Assembly: GCF_023266355.1 (NCBI RefSeq)
Contig: NZ_JAHFQM010000001.1
Length of the DNA stretch: 64,000 bases
Origin: Aquabacterium sp.
Lineage (GTDB): Bacteria > Pseudomonadota > Gammaproteobacteria > Burkholderiales > Burkholderiaceae_C
Reading direction: 5' to 3' (one strand)
Position numbers and translations under genes: made by a program. Below the pieces are notes generated by a model. The model did no database searches and was not told the DNA's origin. It was given only the letters and a program-made list of their open reading frames with translations. Of the stretch, positions 47,995 through 57,611 are shown piece by piece. How positions within the stretch are numbered: the stretch's first letter is position 1; every line of letters begins with the position of its first letter.

Positions 47995-50070
47995 ATGACC
48001 CACGTCACCTTGACCCGCCAAGCGCGACCCGCCCCCTTGGCCCTGCGCGGCGTGGCCGCCGCCATGGCGGCCTTGTGCGCCCTCAGCCTGGGCGTGGGCG
48101 CCTCGGCGCAAACCACCACCCTGGGCACGCGCGGCAGCCTGGCCCAGCCCAACACCGCCATCACCAGCAACGCGGGCAGCACCTGGCAGGCCTATGCGCG
48201 GGCCGAAGACCACCCCGGCTCGGTCACGCTGCCGCTGCAGTTCATCACCACGAAGTCGGGGCAGAAGCTGGCGGTGCTGGTGTCCGTGCCGGCCGATGCG
48301 AATGGCAAGGCCGTGCCTGGCGCCTTCCCCGTCATCCTCACGCAGACGGCCTACCGCATCGACCTGGGCCAGCTGCTCGGCACGGTGCTGGGCACGGGCA
48401 ACACCCTGCTGGTGGGCGGCCAGGACCGCTACATGAACAAGCGCGGCTACATCTCCGTGGCCGTGGACGTGCTGGGTTCGGGCATGTCCAGCGATGAAGG
48501 CCAGCTGCTGGGCGCGCCCGAGCAGGCCGGCTACGGCGAGGCGGTGGACTGGATCACCCGCCAGCCCTGGTTCAACGGGCAGCTCGGCCTGGCCGGCACC
48601 TCCTACCTGGGCATCACCAGCCTGCTGACGGCGCAGCAGCAGCACCCAGCCGTGAAGGCGGTGTTCGCGCAAGTGCCCATGGGCGATGCCTACCGCGGCA
48701 CCGTGGGCGTGGGCGGCTTGCTCAACGCCAAGTTCATCAGCCTGTGGCTGCCGTTGACGCAGTCGCTGAGCGTGGGCAACTCGCTGGCCATCAACAACAA
48801 CCCGGCTTACGCCGACCAGATCCAGGCGGCCAACCAGCAGCACATCGCTGCCATCGACAGCTGGTACCTGCCGACCGTGGCCAATTCGCTGTCGGGCAAG
48901 ACCGGCTACGCCAGCGACGATGGCGACTTCTGGGCCGTGCGCTCGCCGGTGGAGGGCGCGGCCAAGGTCCAGGTGCCGACCTTCCTGGTGGGCAGCAGCA
49001 ACGACATCTTCCAGCGCGACGAGCCGCTGCTCTACGAGCAGCTCAAGCGCCGCGTCAACACCAAGCTGGTGGTGCTCAAGGGCTCGCACATCCAGGTGGT
49101 GCTGTCGGCCTCGGCCGGCGCCGACAACGCCTTGGCCCATGGTGCGCCGGGCTCGGCCTCGCTGATGCTGCAGTGGTTCGACCAGTACCTCAAGGGCATC
49201 GACACGGGCGCGGCCGCCTTGCCCAACGTCACGCAGTTCGTCGAGGGCTATGGCCTGCTGGGCACCACCCGCTTCGCCCGCGCCACCGATTGGCCGCACC
49301 CGCAGATGACGCCGCAGCGCCTGTACCTGCGCGGCAACCTGGCCCTGAGCACGCAAAAGCCCACCACGGCCGACGCCGTGCGCACCGTGCGGGAACCCGC
49401 GGCCCCGGTCGTCACCTACGAGAAGAGCAGCGACGGCACGACGGTCAAGGCCAGCATCGCCATCAACGACGGCAGCGATTGCTCCAGCAGCTTCGTGCAG
49501 TGGTCGCTGGGCATGGCGGGCCTGCTGCCCAAGCCCTGCTACACCAACAGCGCCACGGTGGAGCGCACGCAGAACGCGCTGATCTACCAGACCGACACGC
49601 TCACCAGCGACCTTTATCTCAACGGCCCCATCCAGGCCGACATCTGGATGCGCGCCACGAACACCGAGGCGGCCGTGGCCGTGCGCGTCGATGACGTCGA
49701 TGCCTTCGGCGTGGCCACGCCCATCAGCACGGGTTTGATGTCGGCCAGCTTCCGCGCGGTGGACGCCAGCCGCTCGCGCTTCGTCAAGGGCGTGATGGTC
49801 CAGCCCTGGCACCCCTTCACGGAGGCCTCGAAGCTGCCCGTGGTGCCGGGCCAGGCCATGCTGGTGCCGGTGGAGGTCTTCCCGGCCGCGGCGCTGGTCC
49901 GCAAGGGCCACAAGCTGCGCATCGCCATCAGCGCCAGCAACCAGGCGCAGGGCGTGTGGCCCACGCCACAGCAGCTCAAGGCGAATGGCAACGTCAGCAC
50001 CATCCTGAGCGACCCGGCGCACCCCTCCAGCGTCGTGCTGCCCGTGGTGCCGACCAGCGCGCTGAACTGA
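47995..50070 (+). CDS. Secreted CocE/NonD-family (S15 X-Pro dipeptidyl-peptidase-like) hydrolase
   Basis: Signal peptide ...ALSLGVGASA. RGYISVAVDVLGSGMS. Nucleophile GLAGTSYLGITS. Confidence 0.8.
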   Translation: MTHVTLTRQARPAPLALRGVAAAMAALCALSLGVGASAQTTTLGTRGSLAQPNTAITSNAGSTWQAYARAEDHPGSVTLPLQFITTKSGQKLAVLVSVPADANGKAVPGAFPVILTQTAYRIDLGQLLGTVLGTGNTLLVGGQDRYMNKRGYISVAVDVLGSGMSSDEGQLLGAPEQAGYGEAVDWITRQPWFNGQLGLAGTSYLGITSLLTAQQQHPAVKAVFAQVPMGDAYRGTVGVGGLLNAKFISLWLPLTQSLSVGNSLAINNNPAYADQIQAANQQHIAAIDSWYLPTVANSLSGKTGYASDDGDFWAVRSPVEGAAKVQVPTFLVGSSNDIFQRDEPLLYEQLKRRVNTKLVVLKGSHIQVVLSASAGADNALAHGAPGSASLMLQWFDQYLKGIDTGAAALPNVTQFVEGYGLLGTTRFARATDWPHPQMTPQRLYLRGNLALSTQKPTTADAVRTVREPAAPVVTYEKSSDGTTVKASIAINDGSDCSSSFVQWSLGMAGLLPKPCYTNSATVERTQNALIYQTDTLTSDLYLNGPIQADIWMRATNTEAAVAVRVDDVDAFGVATPISTGLMSASFRAVDASRSRFVKGVMVQPWHPFTEASKLPVVPGQAMLVPVEVFPAAALVRKGHKLRIAISASNQAQGVWPTPQQLKANGNVSTILSDPAHPSSVVLPVVPTSALN

Positions 50071-50094
50071 TCGCTGCGGCAGAGCCGGCGCTGG

Positions 50095-50122
50095 CACCTC
50101 CCCGCGCTTGAGGGGGGAGGTG
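50095..50122 (+). terminator. Strong GC hairpin downstream of the CocE/NonD gene (terminator-like, no clear U-tract)
   Basis: CACCTCCCC (50095-50103) pairs with GGGGAGGTG (50114-50122). Confidence 0.35.
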
Positions 50123-50212
50123 TGGGGCTTGTCACGGGAGGGTCATGTGGCCCCCGCATGGTCACCTGTTTCGAGATGTGTCTGGTGGCACATCCACCAC
50201 AGGAGTACACCC

Positions 50213-50887
50213 ATGAACAAGCTGAAGACTTCCCTGCTGGCCGCCGCTGCCGGCGTCCTCACCCTGGCCGCCACCGGTGCCCAGGCCCAAGTCCGCATCA
50301 CCGAAGTGGCGCCCTGGGCCAGCGGCAATGCGCCTTACGCCACCGACTGGTTCGAGCTGACCAACTTCGGCAGCACCGCCGTGAGCCTCAGCGGCTGGAC
50401 GATGGACGACAGCTCCAACGGCTCGGCCAAGGTGGCCCTGGCCGGCATCACCAGCATCGCCGCTGGCGAGTCCGTCATCTTCACCGAGACCGCCGCTGCG
50501 GCCTCCTTCCTGAGCGCCTGGTTCGGGGCCAATGCGCCTGCCAGCCTGAAGATCGGCACCTACACCGGCGCGGGCGTGGGCCTCAGCACCGGCGGTGACG
50601 CGGTCAACATCTTCAACGCCAGCGGCGTGCTGCAAGCCAATGTGGTGTTCGGCACTGCCGATGCCACCTCGCCTTACCAGACCTTCGACAACGCCGCCGG
50701 CCTGAACGGCGTCACGATCTCGCAACTGAGCGTGGTGGGTGTCAACGGTGCTTTCGTGGCCGCCAACGATGCCGCCGAAATCGGCTCGCCTGGCCGCATC
50801 TCGGCCGTGCCCGAGCCCGAAAGCGCCGCCCTGGTGCTGGCCGCCCTGGCCGTGGTCGGTCTGGTGGCGCGCAAGCGTCAGGCCTGA
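50213..50887 (+). CDS. Lamin-tail-domain (LTD) protein with a PEP-CTERM sorting signal
   Basis: Signal peptide. ITEVAPWASGNAPYATDWFELTNFGSTAVSLSGWTMDD. C-terminus VPEPESAALVLAALAVVGLVARKRQA. AGGAG RBS. Confidence 0.75.
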   Translation: MNKLKTSLLAAAAGVLTLAATGAQAQVRITEVAPWASGNAPYATDWFELTNFGSTAVSLSGWTMDDSSNGSAKVALAGITSIAAGESVIFTETAAAASFLSAWFGANAPASLKIGTYTGAGVGLSTGGDAVNIFNASGVLQANVVFGTADATSPYQTFDNAAGLNGVTISQLSVVGVNGAFVAANDAAEIGSPGRISAVPEPESAALVLAALAVVGLVARKRQA

Positions 50888-50919
50888 TCGTCTTTGGCAT
50901 TCCCGAACAGGCTCACACC

Positions 50920-51954
50920 ATGAAAATCCAACACCTCGTCCTCGCCCTGGCGGCGGCTGGCTGCGTCTCCGCGCAAGCCGCTGATGCGCTCAACCTGGCC
51001 AACTACCAGGTCACCGGCACCTACAGCCTCCCCATCTTCAACGGCACCAGCGGCGGCCTGTCCGGCCTCGAAGGCTCGGCCATCGCCTACGCCCGCGACC
51101 GCGGCACGCTGTTCTTCGTCGGCGACGAAGGCACGGGCATCATCGAGATCTCGCGCACCGGCCAGACCATCGGCAGCATGACTTTCGATTGGGCCGGCAC
51201 CGGCGCCACCAAGAACGACACCGAAGGCCTGACCTACCTGGGCAACGGCCAGTTCGTCGTCACCGAAGAGCGCTTGCAAAACGGCTACAAGTTCAGCTAC
51301 AGCGCCGGCGGCACCGCGGCCCTGGGCAGCGCGCCCTTCGTGTCCTTCGGCCCGACCATCGGCAACATTGGCATCGAAGGCATCAGCTACGACGCACGCA
51401 ATGGCAACTTCGTGACCGTCAAGCAGGACGACCCCTCCATCCTGAGCATCTACAACGCGCTGACGTTCTCGACCAGCTCGGCCGCCGACGTGACGCCCAA
51501 TGTGTCGTTCGCAGCGGTGCCCACGGCCCCGGGTGCGAGCACCTACACGTCGCTGTTCGGCCTGAACAGCCTGTCTGACGTGGCCGTGCTGGGTGGCGTC
51601 AATGCCTTGGTGGGCAGCACGGCTGCGGACAACCTGTTGTTGCTCAGCCTGGACTCGCGCAAGCTCATCGAGATCACCCGCGGTGGCGTGATCAAGAGCA
51701 GCTTCGACCTGTCCAATGTGCTGCCGCACAACGGCATCGAAGGCGTGACGATCGACGAGAACGGCACCATCTACCTGGTGGCCGAGCAGATTCAGGACGG
51801 CAGCAATGTGCTGCCCAATCCGGCATCGCAGTTGATCGTGCTGTCCAACGTCACGGCCGCCGTGCCTGAGCCCGAGGGCGTGGCCCTGGTGCTGGCCGGT
51901 CTGGGTCTGGTGGGCGCGGTGTCGCGTCGCCAGAAGCGGGCCATTCAGGCTTGA
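50920..51954 (+). CDS. SdiA-regulated/phytase-like beta-propeller protein with a PEP-CTERM sorting signal
   Basis: Signal peptide. TEGLTYLGNGQFVVTEERL, IEGVTIDENGTIYLVAEQ. C-terminus VPEPEGVALVLAGLGLVGAVSRRQKR. Confidence 0.7.
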   Translation: MKIQHLVLALAAAGCVSAQAADALNLANYQVTGTYSLPIFNGTSGGLSGLEGSAIAYARDRGTLFFVGDEGTGIIEISRTGQTIGSMTFDWAGTGATKNDTEGLTYLGNGQFVVTEERLQNGYKFSYSAGGTAALGSAPFVSFGPTIGNIGIEGISYDARNGNFVTVKQDDPSILSIYNALTFSTSSAADVTPNVSFAAVPTAPGASTYTSLFGLNSLSDVAVLGGVNALVGSTAADNLLLLSLDSRKLIEITRGGVIKSSFDLSNVLPHNGIEGVTIDENGTIYLVAEQIQDGSNVLPNPASQLIVLSNVTAAVPEPEGVALVLAGLGLVGAVSRRQKRAIQA

Positions 51955-52006
51955 TCCATGGCCTGAGCCAGGGTGGCTTGGCTCAGGCTTGGACGGTGCC
52001 GGGTGT

Positions 52007-53440
52007 TCAGCCCAGCGCCGCCAGCAGCTTGGCGTGGATGCCGCCAAAGCCGCCGTTGCTCATGCACAGGACGTGGTCGCCCGGCTTGGCGACCTTGACC
52101 ACCTTGGCCACGATGGCCTCGATGGTGTCGGCCACGATGGCGCGCTCGCCCATCTCCACCAGCGCCTCGTGGGCGTCCCAGCCCAGGCCGCCCGAGTGGC
52201 AGAAGGCCAGGTCGGCGTCTTCCAGCGACCAGGGCAGCAGGGCCTTCATCGTGCCCAGCTTCATGGTGTTGGAGCGCGGCTCGAACACCGCCAGGATGCG
52301 GGCATCGGGGCCGACCTTGCGGCGCAGGCCGTCCACCGTCGTGCGGATGGCCGTGGGGTGGTGGGCGAAGTCGTCATAGACGGTGATGCCGCGCACCTCA
52401 CCCTTGACCTCCATGCGGCGCTTGACGTTGCCGAAGCGGGCCAGGGCCTCGCAGGCCACCTGGGGCGCCACACCGACGTGCTCGGCCGCCGCGATGGCCG
52501 CCAGCGCGTTCATCTGGTTGTGCTCGCCCAGCAGCGCCCATTCCACGCGCCCCACGAGCACGCCGGCTTTCAGCACGTCGAAGGCATGGGGCTCGCCGCG
52601 GGCGCGGAAGCCCGGCACGTCGCCGCGCACGCCGAAGCGCGCCACGTCGCTCCAGCAGCCGCGTGTCAGCACGCGCTCCAGGGCTTCTTCGCGCGCATTC
52701 ACCACCAGGCGGCCCGAGGCCGGCACGGTGCGCACGAGGTGGTGGAACTGCGTCTCGATGGCGGCCAGGTCGGCAAAGATGTCGGCGTGGTCGAACTCGA
52801 GGTTGTTGAGCACGGCGGTGCGCGGGCGGTAGTGCACGAACTTGCTGCGCTTGTCGAAGAAGGCGGTGTCGTACTCGTCCGCTTCGATGACGAAGGGAGC
52901 CCCCACGCTCGGCCCTGCGGGCACATCGCTGCCCCCCGAGGGGGCGCTCGCGCCTTGGGACGGCCCGGCGGCGCTCGGCGCGCTCACCCCACCGAGTCGG
53001 GCTGACACCCCGAAGTTCTCCGGCACGCCGCCCACCAGGAAGCCCGGCTGCAGGCCGGCGGCCTCCAGGATCCAGGCCAGCATGGACGTCGTCGTCGTCT
53101 TGCCATGCGTGCCGGCCACGGCCAGCACATGGCGGCCTTGCAGCACGTGCTCGCTCAGCCATTGCGGGCCGCTGGTGTAGGGCAGGCCGGCGTCGAGGAT
53201 GGCTTCCATCAGCGGGTTGCCGCGGCTGACCACATTGCCGATGACGAACAGGTCGGGCTTCAGCGCGATCTGGTCCACGCCGTAACCTTCGATCAGGTCG
53301 ATGCCGAGGGCGCGCAGCTGGTCGGACATCGGCGGGTAGACGCCGGCGTCGCAGCCGGTCACGCGGTGGCCCGCTTCACGGGCAAGGGCGGCCACGCCAC
53401 CCATGAAGGTGCCGCAGATGCCGAGGATGTGGATGTGCAT
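52007..53440 (-). CDS. mpl: UDP-N-acetylmuramate:L-Ala-gamma-D-Glu-meso-DAP ligase (murein peptide ligase)
   Basis: MHIHILGICGTFMGGVA, AVAGTHGKTTTTSM, EADEYDTAFFDKRSKFVHY. ATG at 53440. Confidence 0.9.
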   Translation of the reverse strand: MHIHILGICGTFMGGVAALAREAGHRVTGCDAGVYPPMSDQLRALGIDLIEGYGVDQIALKPDLFVIGNVVSRGNPLMEAILDAGLPYTSGPQWLSEHVLQGRHVLAVAGTHGKTTTTSMLAWILEAAGLQPGFLVGGVPENFGVSARLGGVSAPSAAGPSQGASAPSGGSDVPAGPSVGAPFVIEADEYDTAFFDKRSKFVHYRPRTAVLNNLEFDHADIFADLAAIETQFHHLVRTVPASGRLVVNAREEALERVLTRGCWSDVARFGVRGDVPGFRARGEPHAFDVLKAGVLVGRVEWALLGEHNQMNALAAIAAAEHVGVAPQVACEALARFGNVKRRMEVKGEVRGITVYDDFAHHPTAIRTTVDGLRRKVGPDARILAVFEPRSNTMKLGTMKALLPWSLEDADLAFCHSGGLGWDAHEALVEMGERAIVADTIEAIVAKVVKVAKPGDHVLCMSNGGFGGIHAKLLAALG

Positions 53441-53474
53441 GGGGACTTCCGAAAGACGGGGGCAGGCCCCCGTG

Positions 53475-54779
53475 TCAGAGCTGGCGGAACGCGTTCGCGG
53501 CCGCGGCCACGGTGTCGGCGATGTCCTGCTCGGTGTGGGCGGCACTGACGAAACCGGCTTCGTACATGGCCGGCGCCAGGTACACGCCCTGGTCCAGCAT
53601 GAGGTGGAAGAAGCGGTTGAAGGTGTCGGTGCCCTTGGCCATCACGGTCTGGTAGTTCTGCGGCAGGCTGTCGGCGAAGAAGAAGCCGAACATGCCGCCT
53701 TCGCAGTCGGCCGTGAGCGTCACGCCGGCATCGCCTGCGACCTTCACGAAACCGTCCATCAGGCTGCGGGTGCGCTGGCCGAGCTGCTCGAAAAAGCCCG
53801 CGCGCTGGATGATTTTCAGCGTGGTCAGGCCACAGGCCGTGGCCACCGGGTTGCCCGACAGCGTGCCGGCCTGGTAGACCGGGCCCAGCGGCGCGAGCTT
53901 GGCCATCACCTCGCGCGAGGACGCGAAGGCCGCCAGCGGCATGCCGCCGCCAATGACCTTGCCGAACACGCTGAGGTCGGGCGCGAAGCCGGGGATGGCC
54001 TTCGCGTAAATGCTTTGCGCGCTGCCCAGGGCCACGCGGAAGCCGCTCATGACTTCGTCGAACACCAGCAGGGCGCCGTGCTGCGTGCACAGCTCGCGCA
54101 GGCGCTGCATGAAGGGCACGCTGGCGCGCACGAAGTTCATGTTGCCGGCGATGGGCTCGATCATCACGCAGGCGATCTCGCTGCCCTGGCTGGCAAACGC
54201 TTCTTCGATTTGCGCGGTGTTGTTGTACTCCAGCACGAGCGTGTGCTGCACCACCTCGGCGGGCACGCCCGCGCTGGTCGGGTGGCCGAAGGTGGCCAGG
54301 CCCGAGCCGGCCTTGACCAGCAGGGCGTCGGCATGGCCGTGGTAGCAGCCTTCGAACTTGATGAGCTTGTTGCGGCCCGTGAAGCCGCGCGCCAGGCGGA
54401 TGGCGCTCATGCCAGCTTCGGTGCCGGAGCTGACCAGGCGCACCTGCTCGGCACTCGGCACGAGCTTGAGGATTTCCTCGGCCAGCTCGACCTCGCGCTC
54501 GGTCGGGGCGCCGAAGCTGAAGCCATCGAGCGCGGCCTTTTGCACCGCTTCCAGCACCTCGGGGTGGCCGTGGCCCAGGATCATCGGGCCCCAGGAGCCG
54601 ATGTAGTCGGTGTAGCGCGTGCCTTCGGCGTCCCAGAAGTAGGGGCCTTGGGCGCGCTGGACGAAGCGGGGTGTGCCGCCCACGGCCTTGAAGGCGCGCA
54701 CGGGCGAGTTCACACCGCCCGGGATGACGCGCTGGGCGCGTTCGAACAGGGCGGCGTTGCGCGAGGTGTCAGTGGACAT
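53475..54779 (-). CDS. hemL: Glutamate-1-semialdehyde 2,1-aminomutase
   Basis: [21 protein letters not shown] (PLP lysine), 434 aa. Confidence 0.95.
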   Translation of the reverse strand: MSTDTSRNAALFERAQRVIPGGVNSPVRAFKAVGGTPRFVQRAQGPYFWDAEGTRYTDYIGSWGPMILGHGHPEVLEAVQKAALDGFSFGAPTEREVELAEEILKLVPSAEQVRLVSSGTEAGMSAIRLARGFTGRNKLIKFEGCYHGHADALLVKAGSGLATFGHPTSAGVPAEVVQHTLVLEYNNTAQIEEAFASQGSEIACVMIEPIAGNMNFVRASVPFMQRLRELCTQHGALLVFDEVMSGFRVALGSAQSIYAKAIPGFAPDLSVFGKVIGGGMPLAAFASSREVMAKLAPLGPVYQAGTLSGNPVATACGLTTLKIIQRAGFFEQLGQRTRSLMDGFVKVAGDAGVTLTADCEGGMFGFFFADSLPQNYQTVMAKGTDTFNRFFHLMLDQGVYLAPAMYEAGFVSAAHTEQDIADTVAAAANAFRQL

Positions 54780-55731
54780 TGCGGGAACTCGGGGGGGGAA
54801 CGGAATCGTCCAGCGCGGGGTGGCCGGACTCGGTGGCTTCTTCGCCTTCGGCAGGCGGCTCGCCGGGGGGCAGGGCCCAGAAGAAGCGGTCGGGCACCAC
54901 GCCGCCCATGCCGGGTCGGAAGCCCGCGTCCAGCGACTGGTCCAGGAAGCTCAGGGCCTCGGAGACCGCCACGTCCAGCTCGGTGCCACTGGAAATGATG
55001 GCCGCCAGGGCCGCCGACAGCGTGTCGCCCGCGCCCACGAAGCTGGCCTCGAAACGCTCGAAGCGCTCACCGGCCACCGCGCCTTGCGCTGTCGCCAGCA
55101 CGTTGTCGATGAACTGGTCGGGCAACTGCACGCCCGTCACCAGCACATAGCCCGCGCCCAGCTCGGCGGCGGCCACGGCCAGCTCGCGCGCCGAAGGCGG
55201 GCGCTCGGACTCCCAATCGGGCAGCAGGAAATCGGTCAGCGTGGTGTGGTTGCCCACCAGCACGTGGCTGGACGGCACGATCAGCTCGCGGAAGGCCTCC
55301 AGGTAGGCGCTTTGCGCGTCCTCTTCCATCCACGACAGGTTGGGCAGGTAGGACACCAGCGGCACATCGGGGTAGTCCGAGATGATCTCGGCGACCACGC
55401 TCACGCCCTCGGCGCTGCCCAGGAAGCCGACCTTCCACGACGCGATGGTGGCGTCTTCCAGGATGGAGCGCGCCTGCTCGGCGATGGCGTCGGCGTCGAT
55501 CTCGACCGACTCGAACACCTCGGCGGTGTCGCGGATCAGCAGGCTGGTGATCACGGGCAGGGCGTGCGCGCCCATGGCCGCGATGGTGGCGATGTCGGCG
55601 GCGATGCCGGAGGCCCCGCTGGGGTCGTTGGCGTTGAAGCTCAAGACACAGGCCGGGGCGCCCGCGTCCTGGTCTGCGGGGTCGAGGGTCTCGTCAGAGA
55701 CGTTCTGGGGGCCGGTCTGGGGGGCGTTCAT
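54769..55731 (-). CDS. ThiD-family (hydroxymethylpyrimidine/phosphomethylpyrimidine kinase-like) protein with an acidic/Pro-rich C-terminal extension
   Basis: [41 protein letters not shown]. 3' end overlaps the hemL start by 11 nt. ATG at 55731 preferred over TTG at 55746. Confidence 0.7.
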   Translation of the reverse strand: MNAPQTGPQNVSDETLDPADQDAGAPACVLSFNANDPSGASGIAADIATIAAMGAHALPVITSLLIRDTAEVFESVEIDADAIAEQARSILEDATIASWKVGFLGSAEGVSVVAEIISDYPDVPLVSYLPNLSWMEEDAQSAYLEAFRELIVPSSHVLVGNHTTLTDFLLPDWESERPPSARELAVAAAELGAGYVLVTGVQLPDQFIDNVLATAQGAVAGERFERFEASFVGAGDTLSAALAAIISSGTELDVAVSEALSFLDQSLDAGFRPGMGGVVPDRFFWALPPGEPPAEGEEATESGHPALDDSVPPPSSRNVH

Positions 55732-55848
55732 GCGTGAGGTAAGCAATGTAAGAAGCGTGAGCCAGTGCCCGAGATGGGGGCGACTCCCTGCGAAATTCCC
55801 AGGAATCGCGCCTCAGGCCCGTGGCTACAATGGGTTCATTGTATTCAA

Positions 55849-56037
55849 GTGAACCCAAGCGACGTGAGCGACTTATCTACCTGGATGTGCCTGATCTGTG
55901 GCTGGATTTACGACGAAGCCGCGGGCCTGCCCGAAGAAGGCATCGCCCCCGGCACGCGTTGGGCCGACGTTCCCATGAACTGGGTGTGCCCCGAATGCGG
56001 TGCGCGCAAGGACGATTTCGAGATGGTGCCGGTCTGA
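55849..56037 (+). CDS. Rubredoxin
   Basis: Two CxxCG knuckles: WMCLICGWIYDE ... WVCPECGARKDDF. Start uncertain (GTG 55849, GTG 55864 or ATG 55885). Confidence 0.85.
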   Translation: MNPSDVSDLSTWMCLICGWIYDEAAGLPEEGIAPGTRWADVPMNWVCPECGARKDDFEMVPV

Positions 56038-56073
56038 TGGCCGCTGCGCGCTCCCCTCAAGGGATGGAGGAAG

Positions 56074-56487
56074 GTGTCCGTGTCTGATTTCGACAAGCCG
56101 CAAGAGCCCGCAACCACCAAAGTCCTCGTCATCGACGACAGCAACACCATCCGGCGCAGCGCCGAAATCTTCCTCAAGCAGGGCGGATACGAGGTGGTGC
56201 TGGCCGAAGACGGCTTCGATGCGTTGTCAAAGGTCAACGATCACGCCCCAGATGTTATTTTTTGTGACATCTTGATGCCCCGCCTGGACGGCTACCAGAC
56301 CTGCGCCATCATCAAACGCAACCCGCGTTTCGCCCGCACGCCCGTGATCATGCTGTCGTCCAAAGATGGCCTGTTCGACAAGGCCCGAGGCCGCATGGTG
56401 GGCTCTCAGGACTACCTGACCAAGCCCTTCACCAAAGACCAGTTGCTGCAGGCTGTCGCCCAATGCACCGCTCAGAATCAGGGATGA
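56074..56487 (+). CDS. pilG: Twitching-motility response regulator PilG (CheY-like)
   Basis: VLVIDDSNTIRR, VIFCDILMPRLDG, DYLTKPF. First gene of the pilGHIJ-chpA order. Confidence 0.85.
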   Translation: MSVSDFDKPQEPATTKVLVIDDSNTIRRSAEIFLKQGGYEVVLAEDGFDALSKVNDHAPDVIFCDILMPRLDGYQTCAIIKRNPRFARTPVIMLSSKDGLFDKARGRMVGSQDYLTKPFTKDQLLQAVAQCTAQNQG

Positions 56488-56595
56488 CCTGGGTTCAACG
56501 GTGTCCGTGGGTGTCGCCCATTGCAGCCAGAATGTGAGTTCCACGCCGCAGGCGGAGCCCGGGGATGACGCAGGGCGGCGTTTCATGAGGTTCCT

Positions 56596-56961
56596 ATGCC
56601 AATCCAGAAGATTCTGCTCGTTGACGACTCCAAGACCGAACTGCATGTGCTGTCGGAGTTGCTGACCAAGCGCGGCTACAAAGTGCGCACCGCCGAAAAC
56701 GGCGAAGAGGCGCAGCGCCGCTTGGCAGAAGAGAAGCCCGACCTCATCATCATGGACGTGGTGATGCCCGGCCAGAACGGCTTCCAGCTGACCCGTGCCA
56801 TCACCCGCGACCCGCTGTTCGCCAGCGTGCCGGTGATCATCTGCTCCAGCAAGAACCAGGAAACCGACCGGGTCTGGGGCATGCGCCAGGGCGCACGCGA
56901 CTACGTCGTCAAGCCCGTCAACCCCGAAGAGCTGCTGTCCAAGATCAAGGCCTTCGGCTGA
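56596..56961 (+). CDS. pilH: Twitching-motility response regulator PilH
   Basis: ILLVDDSKTELH, LIIMDVVMPGQNG, DYVVKPV. 121 aa. Confidence 0.85.
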   Translation: MPIQKILLVDDSKTELHVLSELLTKRGYKVRTAENGEEAQRRLAEEKPDLIIMDVVMPGQNGFQLTRAITRDPLFASVPVIICSSKNQETDRVWGMRQGARDYVVKPVNPEELLSKIKAFG

Positions 56962-56976
56962 TCCGGGGGCACGCAG

Positions 56977-57552
56977 ATGGCCAACAAGGACGCCCTGAGG
57001 GAGCTGCAGCAACGGCTGGCCCAGCGCCTGCAGACGGTGCGCGAACAAGCCCCGACCCGCAACTGGCTGGCCGTGGAGATGGCCGGCCACGGCTTCTTGC
57101 TGCCGCTGGACCAGGCCGGTGAAATCTTCCCGCTGTCGGCCGTGCACGCTGTGCCGCACAGCCAGCCCTGGTTCCTGGGCGTGGCCAACCTGCGCGGCCA
57201 GCTGCATGGCGTGATCGACCTGGCGGGCTTCGTTGGCTTGCCGCGCGACCCCTCCCGCAGCACACCGCGCGCCCAGCTGGCAGCTCCCGCCCGCGACACC
57301 CGCGAGGCCCGCGAAGGTGCCCGCCTGGTGGCGTTCAACGGCAAGCTGCAGGTCAACGCGGCCTTGCTGATCGACCGCCTGCTGGGCCTGCGCAATGCCA
57401 GCGCGCTGCAGCCCGCGCCCGCCGCCGAAGAGGCCGGCAAACCCCATTTCATTGGCCAGCAGATGGCCGACGCCCAGGGCCGCATCTGGTACGAGCTGGA
57501 CCTGGCGGCACTGGCCGCCGACGAAGCCTTCGCGCGCATTGACGCGCATTGA
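56977..57552 (+). CDS. pilI: CheW-like coupling protein PilI
   Basis: CheW-like core WLAVEMAGHGFLLPLDQAGEIF...FLGVANLRGQLHGVIDL. Position between pilH and pilJ. Confidence 0.8.
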   Translation: MANKDALRELQQRLAQRLQTVREQAPTRNWLAVEMAGHGFLLPLDQAGEIFPLSAVHAVPHSQPWFLGVANLRGQLHGVIDLAGFVGLPRDPSRSTPRAQLAAPARDTREAREGARLVAFNGKLQVNAALLIDRLLGLRNASALQPAPAAEEAGKPHFIGQQMADAQGRIWYELDLAALAADEAFARIDAH

Positions 57553-57611
57553 TGCGCACTGAGCCCCGTGGCCTGCACACCGAATCATTCTGAAGTCATT
57601 GGAGAGCGAGC

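Noticed and set aside
50186-50200. TGGCAC hexamer upstream of the LTD/PEP-CTERM gene, considered as a sigma-54 -24 element.
   Set aside because: The -12 position reads AC rather than GC at the required spacing, and the hexamer overlaps the region just upstream of the RBS. It is probably coincidental.
54791-54798. G8 run (C8 on the coding strand) near the thiD-like stop and hemL start overlap.
   Set aside because: It encodes Pro-Pro-Pro in the non-conserved C-terminal tail of the ThiD-like protein. G/C homopolymers of this length are expected in such a GC-rich genome, and nothing indicates a switch.
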